Made by a program: the position numbers and the translations under genes. 64,000 bases of DNA from positions 6,266,451 through 6,330,450 of the forward strand of contig JAHRHZ010000002.1 of assembly GCA_024137785.1 (NCBI GenBank). The letters run 5' to 3'. Under the pieces are notes generated by a model that did no database searches, had not been told where the DNA came from, and worked only from the letters and a program-made list of their open reading frames with translations. Positions 12,685 to 22,614 of this stretch are shown in pieces (positions within the stretch are counted from its first letter, which is position 1; each line of letters starts with the position of its first letter). Source of the DNA: Ginglymostoma cirratum. Lineage: Eukaryota.

Positions 12685-13470
12685 CCTAGCGTCATACAGC
12701 ATGGAAAGAGACCCTTCGGTCCAAACAGTCCATGCCGATCATGTTGCCAAACTAAACTAATCCCATCTGCCTGTACTTGACCAACATCACTCCAAACTTT
12801 TCATTTTCATGAACGTACCCAAGTGTCTTAAGAATGTTGTAAATGTACTCGTCTCCATCACTTCTTGTGACAGTTCATTCCACACATGAACCTGTTTAAA
12901 ATAAATGTCCCTCGTGCTTTTTGAAAATCTTTCTCCTCTCACCTCAAAAGTACACCCTTCCCCTTTTTAACTCCCCCATCTTACAGAAGACCCTTGTCAT
13001 TCAGCTTTTCTATGCCACCCCGACAGCATCCCCCCCCCCACCCCCCGATTATTTTAAAAACTTCAATAAAGTCACTGGTCAACCTCCCACGCTGTAGCTT
13101 TAAAAAAAAGTCACAGGCTTTCCCATCTATTTTTATACCTCAAACTCGCCATTCCCGGCAATATCCTGGTACATACTTTCGGAACCCTCTGCAGATTAAT
13201 AGTATCTTTCTTATTGCAGGTCAGCCAGAACTGCAGACAGTACTCCAGAAGAGGCCTCACCAATGCCCTGTACAACCTCAATATGAAGTCTTAACTCCCA
13301 TATTCAAAGGTTGAGCAATGAAGGCAAAGGTGTTAAACGACTTCTTAACTACCATTCTACCTGTGACGCAAATTTCAACGAATTATGTACCTGAACCCTT
13401 GGGTCTCTCTGTTTTATAAAAGTACCCAGGGCCCTGCCATTAATAGTATAAGTCTTGTCCTTCATGTCTT
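12685..13470 (-). mobile_element. CR1 LINE 3' fragment
   Basis: CR1 tail (acagcatggaaagagacccttcggtcc) and YTINGRALG peptide. Confidence 0.8.
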
Positions 13471-13635
13471 CAAACTTAACTAGGGACGGAGAATAATTAT
13501 AAAACAAGGGGGGAGAAAAAGGAATTATAGACCTATTTAAAAATAACACTTACTTCAAAAAGAGATGATACAAGTAACGACCATATCAATTGCTGAAATA
13601 TCCAGTCTGATTGCCAACTGATAGTAGTGACTTAC

Positions 13636-13705
13636 CAGGAACTCCAACAATTGCGAGAATAAGGCAGTACATGGCTTCAATCTGCATCAGTATTGATGGA
13701 TCCAT
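13636..13705 (-). pseudogene. GPR139/GPR142-like class A GPCR pseudogene, exon 1
   Basis: Encodes MDPSILMQIEAMYCLILAIVGVP then G|GTAAGT. The phase-1 end joins exon 2 at 7826 to give GVP-ANILSIVILSRG, the TM1 motif of this family. Confidence 0.85.
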
Positions 13706-13819
13706 CCTCCAAATGATGTTGATAGCATTAATTATGATTGAAAAGTCGATAATTTCTTCAAAGCATGGTTTCATTTATATCTGAGAGACATCTCAGGTGG
13801 GCTAATTAGGCAATGGCTG

Positions 13820-13950
13820 ACATGAGTCACCGTCTTTTGAACACACAGATCAGCTGCTCGTTCTGCTATAGTGATTCTTGACAAATGGAAAACAAACGCA
13901 ATCCAAGAAGGTCACACACCACAATTCCCAAGTAGTCCACATCACCAGTC
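13820..13950 (-). promoter_or_regulatory. Probable promoter of the GPCR pseudogene
   Basis: Conserved with 1-130. TATA position reads TATAGCA (13870-13864), E-box at 13851-13856, AP-1-like TGAGTCA at 13823-13829. Confidence 0.45.
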
Positions 13951-14221
13951 CACATCAACACATCCACCAGAAAATGTCTGAATTTTATTTCCACAGTACT
14001 CCCAGTTCTCCAACCTCTCTGCATCAATCGGGTCCCTTGCTGCTCCAATCTTGTGTGTTATCATATTTTTTGCATTAACAAGCGTACAAAGAAATACCAC
14101 AGCCTCACATCTCTTGGTGCAAACGTTATCCCTTCTTTCCATTATAAATCACTTCAAATTAAACTTCAGTCTTTTATGCTTTATCTTTATGCCCAAAACA
14201 TCTGGAAACAGACTGTCCTTC

Positions 14222-14330
14222 TAGTCCTGAAGAAGAGTTATACCCGAAACGTTGACTGTTACTTTCCTCCAGATGCTGCCTGGTTTGCTGCTTTCTTCCA
14301 GCCTCCTGTTTGTTTACCTTGAATTCCAGA
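14222..14330 (+). mobile_element. PLE pseudo-LTR fragment with near-intact minimal hammerhead (14223-14257)
   Basis: AGTC-CTGAAGA-AGAGTTATACCC-GAAAC-GTT-GACT; stem I AGUC/GACU pairs, and stem II has one mismatch. Confidence 0.7.
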
Positions 14331-14364
14331 ATATGCAGTTTTATTTTCCTCATCCACTATTTTA

Positions 14365-14800
14365 TGTTAGTTTGAGCTATAGAGAGAGGCTGAATAAGCT
14401 GGGGATATTTTCCCTGGAACATTGGAGCATGAGGGGCGACCATATTGATGTCTTTAAAAATGTGAGGGGCATAGCTAGGGCGAATAGTCAAGGACTTTTC
14501 CCAGGTTAGGGAAGTCCAAAACTAGAGGGCATAGGTTTAAGGTCAGAGGGGAAAGATTTAAAAGGTGTCTAAGGGACAACGTTTTCATGCAAAGGATGGT
14601 GCTTGTATGGAATGAGCTGCAAGCGGCAATGGTAGACACTCTTGCAATTATTACATTTAAAAGACATTAAGATGGGTACATGAATAGGAAGGGTTTAGAG
14701 GGATATGAGCCAAATGCTGACAAGAAAAAAAGGATATATGCTCGGCATGGATGAATTGGACCAAAAGGAGTGTTTCCGCGCTAAACAACTGTATAACTCT
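14365..14800 (+). mobile_element. CR1 LINE 3' end
   Basis: LSYRERLNKLGIFSLE peptide and CR1 tail. Confidence 0.85.
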
Positions 14801-15487
14801 ATCTGTCTTTAAGCTACATCTTTCTGGCAAAAATAAAAGAGGAGTCTGAATTTTATTGTTGCAGAATACTTGAGATGCTGAAACTCTCAGCTGTCCCCAA
14901 GACACTAAATTTAATATTGATATTAACATAAATACCTGAGTAAAGGAACTGTAGCTAGCCCTGTTAAAGAGTCTGCGTGCTGAGTTATACACTTGATCCC
15001 CTTATACCGAGGGGTATAAAGTTAGCAGAGTTGTGAAGGAGTAGACAGAGTTTTTTTGAAAAAAATCTTCCACTTAAGCATATGATGAAAAGGGTTTTTT
15101 ATTCGTCCTGTCTCAGAATGTTAATCTGTTTAATGGTCATTACTCAGAAAGCACTGGAAGTAAGACACTTGAACATATTCAAAGGTTAAAGCTGAAGGTC
15201 GCATTCTTCTCGCAATGACTTGCTGTTTGGGTAAAGTCGTGTTGCTGCAGAGCTCCAGCGAAGTTCAACGCAAGTTGGAAAACAGCACCTCATTTTCATT
15301 TTGGTCACACTGCATCCTTCTGGACTAAATGTCGAGGTCAACACTTTTAGCTTGTACTCTTTCTTCCATATCCAACCGTCACACGCCAGGCCTTTCATCA
15401 CACTAGCTACTACTACACACCACACATTGTCACTTACTAAGAGACACCATTGGTAGCTATTCATTCTTCCAGGCTGATCTTTACCCA

Positions 15488-17503
15488 GAGATAGTAGGAA
15501 CTGCCGATGCTGGAGAATCTGATATAACAAGGTGTAGAGCTGGATGAACACAGCAGGCCAAGCGGCATCAGAGGAGCAGGAAAGCTGATGTTTTGAGTCT
15601 AGACCCTTCTTCAGAAATGGGGGAGGGGAAAGGGATTCTGAAGGAAATAGGAAGAGAGGGGGAGGTGGATAGAAGATAAATAAAGGAGAAGATAGGTGGA
15701 GAGGAGGCAGACAGGTCAAAGAGGTGGGGTTGGAGCCAGTAAAGGTGAGTGTAGGTGAGGAGTTAGGGAGGGGATAGGTCAGTCCAGGGAGGATGGACAG
15801 GTCAAGGTGGTGGGATGAGGCTGGTAGATAGGAGATGGAGGTGAGGCTTGAAGTGGGAGGAGGGGATAAGTGGGAGGAAGGACAGGTTAAGGCAGCGGTG
15901 ATGACCTGGGCTGATTTTGGCATGCGGTTGGGGGAGGGGAGATTTTGCAACTTGTGAAGTCCACATTGATCTGATTGGCCTGCAGGGTTCCCAAGCGAAA
16001 TATGAGATGCGGATCCTGCAACCTTCGGGCAGCAGTGTTGTGGCACTGCAGGAGGCCCAGGATGGACATGTCATCTAAGGAGTGGGAGGGGGAGTTGAAA
16101 CAGTTCATGACTGGGAATTGCAGTCATTTGTCGCAAACCGAGCGTAGGTGTTCCACAAAGCGGTCCCCAAGCCTCCCCTTGGTTTCCCCGATGTAGAGGA
16201 GGCCACAACGGGAACAGTGGATACAGGATACCACGTTAGCAGATGTGCAGGTGAATATTTGTTTGATGTGGAAGGTCTTCTTGGGGCCGGGGATGTGGGT
16301 GAGGGGGGAGGTGTAGGGGCAGGTGTAGCACTTCCTGTGGTTGCAGGGAAAAGTGCCAGGGGTGGTGGGGCTGGTGGGGAGAGTGGTGCGGACAAGGGAG
16401 TCACGGAGAGAGTGGTCCCCGCACCGCCCGTTTCTATCTCCTTCCCAAAATCCACAACCTGACTGCCCTGGTTGAGACATTGTCTCCGCCTACTCCTGCT
16501 CCACCGAACTTATCTCCACTTGTCCCGACCCTATTTTCTTCCCCTTGCTCCAGGAACTCCCCACCTACGTCCATATCACCACCCACACCCTCCACCTCCT
16601 CCAGAACTTCCGATTCCCTGGTCCCCAACACCTCATCTTTCCCATGGATGTCCAGTCCCTATGCACTTGCATTCCCCATGCAGATGGCCTAAAAGCCCTC
16701 TGCTTCTCCCTGTCTCACAGGCCTGACCAATCCCCCTCCACTGACACCCCCATCCGCTTAGCTGAACTCGTCCTCACCCTTAACAACTTCTCCTTCAATT
16801 CCTCCCACTTCCTACAGACAAAGGGGGTGGCCATGGGTACCCGCATGTATGCCCAAGCTATGCCTGCCTCTTTGTAGGATACATGGAACAGTCCCTCTTC
16901 CGAAGCTACACTGGCCCCATTCCCCCACCTCTTCCTCCGTTACATCGATGACTGTATCGGCACCGCCTCATGCTCCCACGAGGAGCTCGAACAGTTCATC
17001 CACTTCACTAACACCTTCCATCCCAATCTTACGTTCACCTGGATCGTCTCCGAGACCTCTCTCTCCTTCCTGGACCTCTCTGTTCCATCTCTGACAACCA
17101 CCTGGAAACTGATATCCATTTCAAGCATACCGACTCCCACAGCTACCTAGAATACACCTTCTCTCACCCAACTTCCTGCAAAAATGCCATCACCTGTTCC
17201 CAATTCCTTCGCCTCTGCCACATCTGCTCCCGAGATGAAGCATTCCACTCCCAGACATCCCAGATCGTTTTTCAAGGACTGCAAATTCCCCTCCACAGTG
17301 GTCGAAAATGCCCTCGACCATGTCTCACATTTCCCGCAACTCATCTGTCATACCCCCTCCCTGCAATAATAACCAAAACAGAATCCCCCTCGTCCTCACG
17401 TACCACCCCACCAACCTCCGGATCCAACGCATCATCCTCCGACACTTCCGCCATCTGCAATCTGACCCCACTACCAAAGATATTTTTCCCTCCCCACCTT
17501 TAT
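15488..17503 (-). mobile_element. Penelope-like element with inverted 5' part (GIY-YIG + pLTR on minus 15488-16420; RT on plus about 16425-17503)
   Basis: Endonuclease CIHCSRCGLLYIGETKGRLGDRFVEHLR; RT motifs MDVQSL, QTKGVAMGTRM and FLRYIDD. Perfect 14-bp TSD CTGATCTTTACCCA at 15474-15487 and 17504-17517. Confidence 0.93.
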
Positions 17504-19874
17504 CTGATCTTTACCCAATCCTTTTTTCAACTATTTTCTTGTCTCTTAGGGCATGATCTCCAAGTTTTGTTTATTCCTCACCCCTCCACCGAACATTTTC
17601 CTTGCTACCGTCAGTTTTGAAGAACGGTCAATGGACGGCTGAACTTTGGAGATAATAGAGATCACTATCTTGTAACTGCTGCTTCACTGCTGATTTGTCT
17701 TCAATCTGGACTCTTTTACAAATATTACGGCGTTGCTCCACAGGGATACTCCACTGCAGCACTAAACAATTTGAGCTCTGCTTCCTAGGTTGCCAATATT
17801 TTTAGCAGAGCATTTTTTTCACTCTTCACATCGTCCAATAATGTAATTAAATTAAGTTCACGGACCTCTTATATATTACTTGATCACTTTGTTTATAATC
17901 TGGCATTGGAGACTATTTTTAGCACGTCAGTGTGTTTCCAAGCATTACCATCGCAGTTAGAACTAAAACTGTATTAAAAATCCAAACATTTAAGGAAGCC
18001 TGTCATATTAAATCTCTGCCAGTTTTGGTACTGTCTTCCTTTTCCTTTTGACTAAAATAATCCTTGCTATATTTAGTAACGCTTCATCAGACTTCACACC
18101 AATGGATCTGCATTATAATTGGAACGCACAAGGACCGATGAGATACATTCAAGGGTTTTGAAGGAAGTGAGAGCAGATATTATGAGGCACTCGCCACATT
18201 CTTACAATCTTCCCTGGACTGCCATTGTATATCTAATGAGAGTAGCAATAGTGATTGTGCGAGTAAGAATAGGAGGATAGAGCAGATGAATGGATGGCTG
18301 AGGAGGTGGTGCAGGGAGCAGGGACACATGTTTTTGAATCATTTAGCTTTCTTCTGGGGAACAGATGACCTCTGCAAGAGGGACAGGTTGCACCTGGACT
18401 GGAGGATGACAAATATCCTGGTGAGGAGATTTGCTAGAGCTACTCTAAACCAGTTTAACCAGTCTACTGGGTTTGGGTGAGGGGGAGGGGTTGCAAATGA
18501 AACAACAGTGAGACAAGAGAGAAGGTTGGGGGTAGTAGAGAAGTTTAAGAGTTCAGAGTATGTTAAATAGAAAAGGCAGGGAACTAAACAGCAGTGAATG
18601 AGGGCTGACTACTGAATTAATTTTCATTTATTTCAATTCAAGAGACCTGACAGGTAAGGCAGATAAACTCGGGGCATGGATGGGCGAATTGGACTGAGGT
18701 ATCATAACAATTGTAGAAACGTACCTGATGGAAGGTCTGACAGCTTAATGTTCTGGGGTACATAGGTTATCGGAAGGATGGGGGGGGGGGGGGGGTGGCA
18801 AGACAGAAGAGCGACTGGCGTTTTTAATTAGGGAAAATATCGAAGGAGAATTTAGAGATGAAATTCCTGAGGGATCGTTCAGAGAGGATATTTGGTGGAG
18901 CTGAGAAATAAGAAGTTGGTGATGGGGTTGTACTATTGGTCCACCAATAGTCAGTGGGAATTTGAGGAACAAATATATGAGGAATTTGCAGACAGCTGTA
19001 GGAATGTTCGGATTGTAATATTGGTGACTTCAATTTTCCAAACATAGACTGGAACTGCCTTAGTCTGGAGGGGAGAAATTTGTCCAGGGGATTCAGGAAA
19101 TATTTTTCAATCATTATGTAGGTTGCCCAATGAGAGAAGGGGCAAAACTTAACATCCCTTTGGAAAATACGTAAAACATGTGACTGATGTGTCAATGAAG
19201 GAGCGTTTTGGGATCTTCAACCATAATTCTATTAGTTTTAAAATTGTTATGGAAAATGAAAAGTCTGGTCCACATGATAAAGTTCTAAATTGGACCAAGG
19301 ACAACTTTAATGGTATTAGACTGTAACTTTTAAAGATAACATTAGATAAAGGCATGTTCCTGTTAATGTGAAGAGAAAGGCTGGCAGGAATAAGGAACAG
19401 TGGATGACTGTGGAGATATTGTGGTCAAGAAAAAGGAGAAGTCATACGTCAGGTTTTGGTAGCTTGGATCAACATTATCCATTAATGTGTATAGGGATGT
19501 AGGAGTATAGTTAAGAGGGAAATCAGGAGAGTTAAAAGGGAACTTGACATAGCTTTAGCAGTTAAGCTTAGGGAGAATCCAAAAAGATTCTACAAGTATA
19601 TTAAAGGCAAAAGATTAACTAGGGACAGTTTAAAGGCCTTTAAAGATCAAGAAGTCATCTATATGTAGAGCTAGAGGAGATGGGTGAAATCCTAAATGAA
19701 TATTTCTCGTCAGTATTTACTATGGAGAAAGACATGGAAACTAAGGAATTCAGGGAAGTAAATGGTCATGTATTGAAAAGAGATAAAAGGTACTGCAGAT
19801 GCTGGAGAATCCGAGATAACAAGCATGGGGCTGGATGAACACAGCAGGTCAAGCAGCATCATAGGAGCAGGAAA

Positions 19875-19910
19875 ACTTGACGTTTCGGGCCTAAACCCTT
19901 CATCAGAAAT
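19875..19910 (-). ncRNA. Minimal type I hammerhead ribozyme (PLE-type)
   Basis: AUUU-CUGAUGA-AGGGUUUAGGCCC-GAAAC-GUC-AAGU: intact core, GUC site, loopless palindromic stem III (ACGU). Confidence 0.8.
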
Positions 19911-19950
19911 GGGGGAGGGGAAGAGGGTTCTGAAATAAATAGGGAGAGAG

Positions 19951-20350
19951 NNNNNNNNNNNNNNNNNNNNNNNNNNNNNNNNNNNNNNNNNNNNNNNNNN
20001 NNNNNNNNNNNNNNNNNNNNNNNNNNNNNNNNNNNNNNNNNNNNNNNNNNNNNNNNNNNNNNNNNNNNNNNNNNNNNNNNNNNNNNNNNNNNNNNNNNNN
20101 NNNNNNNNNNNNNNNNNNNNNNNNNNNNNNNNNNNNNNNNNNNNNNNNNNNNNNNNNNNNNNNNNNNNNNNNNNNNNNNNNNNNNNNNNNNNNNNNNNNN
20201 NNNNNNNNNNNNNNNNNNNNNNNNNNNNNNNNNNNNNNNNNNNNNNNNNNNNNNNNNNNNNNNNNNNNNNNNNNNNNNNNNNNNNNNNNNNNNNNNNNNN
20301 NNNNNNNNNNNNNNNNNNNNNNNNNNNNNNNNNNNNNNNNNNNNNNNNNN
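19951..20350. other. Assembly gap (400 N)
   Basis: Run of N. Confidence 1.
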
Positions 20351-20974
20351 TCAAGTTTTCCTGCTCCTATGATGCTGCTTGACCTGCTGTGTTCATCCAG
20401 CCCCATGCTTGTTATCATGTATTGAAAAGAGTCCGCATTACAAAAGAGGAGATGCTGGAAGTCTTGAAATGCATGCCGTTTGATAAAACCATGGGAACTG
20501 AACAAGTGTATCCCAAGACATCGTCAGAAGCTAGGGAAGAAATTACAGGGCCTCTAGCAGAGGTATTTCTGTCATCAACAGATACAGATAAGGTGCTGGA
20601 AGACTGGTGGATGGCTAATGCTGTGCCATTGTTTATGAAAGGCTGCAAATCAAAGCCAGTGAACTTCAGAGCAGTCAGCCTAATGTTAGTGGTGGTTAAG
20701 TTGTTGGGGGGGAATTCTATGAAACAGAATTTGCATGCATTTGGAAAGGCAAGAACTGATTAGGGATAATCAGCATGATTTTGTGTGTGGGAAGTCATGT
20801 CTCACAGATTCTAGTTTTTTTGAAGAGGTTATCAAGACAATACATGAGGACCATATGGTAGACATTGTCTACATGCACTTTAGCAAGGCCTTCGACAAGA
20901 TACTGCATACCAGATAGGTTAATAAGTTTAAACCACATGAGATCCAGGTAGACCTATCCATTTGGATACAATCC

Positions 20975-21075
20975 TGATCTGAGGAATGGTTACCAGACCT
21001 GAAACGTTAGCTCTGTTTTTTCTTTCACAGAAGCTGCCAGACCTGTTGGGCTTTTCAAGCAACTTTGTTTTTGTG
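20975..21075 (+). mobile_element. PLE pseudo-LTR fragment with hammerhead core
   Basis: CTGAGGA...GAAACGTT followed by the same arm as 9735-9805. Confidence 0.7.
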
Positions 21076-21708
21076 TCATTTGGGTAAAAAAATGGCTTGA
21101 TGGTAGGAGATAGAGGGTGGTGGTGGAGAGCTGTTTTTCAGACCAGAATCCTATGACTAGTGGTGTTCCACAAGGATCGTTGCTGAGTCCACGACTGTTT
21201 GCCAGTTATGTAAATGATTTGATGAGCATACAGGAGGCATTGTTAGTAAGTTTGCTGATGACACTAAAATTGGTTGCATAGTGGACAGCGAAACTTATCT
21301 AAGTGTATAACGTAGTCTTGATCAAACTGGGCCAGTGGATGAGGAATGGTAAATGGAGGTTAACACAGACAATGTATGGTGTTACATTTTGGAAAGATAA
21401 ACCAGGGCAGGACTTACACAGCTAATGGTAGGGACTTGGGCAGTGTTGTCAAACAGAGATCTAGTGGTTCAGGTACTGAGTTCCTTGAAAGTGGTGTCAC
21501 AGGTAGACGTGGTGACAAAGAAGCTGTTTGGCATGCTTGCCTTCATCAGTGAGAGCTTGAGTACAGGAGTTATGACATCAAGCTATAACTGTTCAAGGCA
21601 TTGGTCAAGCCGCAAATGTATATTGTGTACAATTCTGGTCGCCCAGCTAGAAGAAGGATGTTATTAGACTGGAAGGGTGAAAAAACAGATTTACTAGGCT
21701 GTTGCAAA

Positions 21709-22012
21709 GGGGTGGCACAGTGGTTAGCACTGCTGCCTCACAGCACCAGTGACCTGGCTGCAATTCCACCTTTGGGTAACTGTCTGTGAGGAGTTTGCAT
21801 ATTCTCCCTGTGTTTGGGTGCTCTGATTTCCTCACCCACAGTCCAAAGATGAGCAAGCTAGGTGGATTAGCTATGCTAAATTGCCTGTAGTTTCAGGGAT
21901 GTGTAGATTAGGCGGGTTATAGGGGGATGGATTTGGGTGGATGCTCTGAGGGTTGGTGTGGACTTTTGGGCTGAAGGGCTTGTTTCCACACTGTAGGGAT
22001 TCTGTAATCTAT
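21709..22012 (+). mobile_element. HE1-type SINE
   Basis: Head ggtggcacagtggttagcactgctgcctcacagc, core and CR1-like tail. Confidence 0.9.
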
Positions 22013-22014
22013 GA

Positions 22015-22610
22015 ATGTTATCTCAGAGTACACTCGGATTTTGATCAGATGGGACAATGGGCCGAGAAGTTTAATTTAGATAAATGTGGAGTGCTGCATT
22101 TTGGTAAGGCAAATCAGGTCAGGACATATGCACTTACTGGTAAGATCCTGGGAGTGTTGCCTAACCAAGAAACCTTGGAGTGCAGGTTCATAGTTCCTTG
22201 AAAGTGGAGTCAAGGGTAGGCAGGGTAGTGAAAAAGGCATTTGGTACGTTTGTTTTTATTGGATAGTGCATTGAATATAGGAGTTGGGATGTCATGTTAC
22301 GGCTGTACAGGAAATTAGTTAGTCCACTTTTAGAGTGGTACATTCGATTCTGGACTTAAAAGGGACCTAAGTGACAACATTTTCACACAGAGGGTGGTAC
22401 ACATATGGAATGTGATGCCAAAGGAAGTGGTGGAAACTAGTACAATTACAACACTTAAAATTCATCTGGATGTACACATAAATAGGAAAGGTTTAGACGG
22501 ATATGAGTCAAATGCTGGCAAATGGGATTAGATTAATTTAGGATATCTGGTCAGTATGGATGAGTTGGACCAAAGGGCCTTTTTCTGTGCTGTACAACTA
22601 CATGACTCTA
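22015..22610 (+). mobile_element. CR1 LINE 3' fragment (internally deleted)
   Basis: FNLDKCGVLHFGK peptide and CR1 tail. Confidence 0.85.
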
Positions 22611-22614
22611 AGAC

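Larger units (their letters stand above)
19783..20414. mobile_element. Young PLE insertion with inverted pLTR ends; interior unresolved (gap)
   Basis: The left arm and the reverse-complement right arm are identical. Perfect 17-bp TSD TCATGTATTGAAAAGAG at 19766-19782 and 20415-20431. The homologous site in duplication copy A (about 4200) is empty. Confidence 0.9.
13820..20640 (+). repeat. Old tandem segmental duplication, copy B (with later insertions)
   Basis: Same collinear blocks as copy A, interrupted by younger PLE and CR1 insertions. Confidence 0.85.
18130..21705 (+). mobile_element. Long degenerate CR1 LINE (ORF1 C-terminus, EN, RT) interrupted by PLE insertions
   Basis: MNGWLRRWCREQG (ORF1 esterase end), GDFNFPNIDW, DIVYMHFSKAFDK, GVPQGS and KFADDTK. 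Confidence 0.9.

Noticed and set aside
15186-16046. Longest ORF in the track (286 aa, Pro/Ser/Leu-rich)
   Set aside because: Off-frame read of the PLE 3' region and its pyrimidine-rich tract; no domain content.
19710-20505. Long ORFs spanning N runs (also 34415-35013)
   Set aside because: Artifacts of the 400-N gaps.
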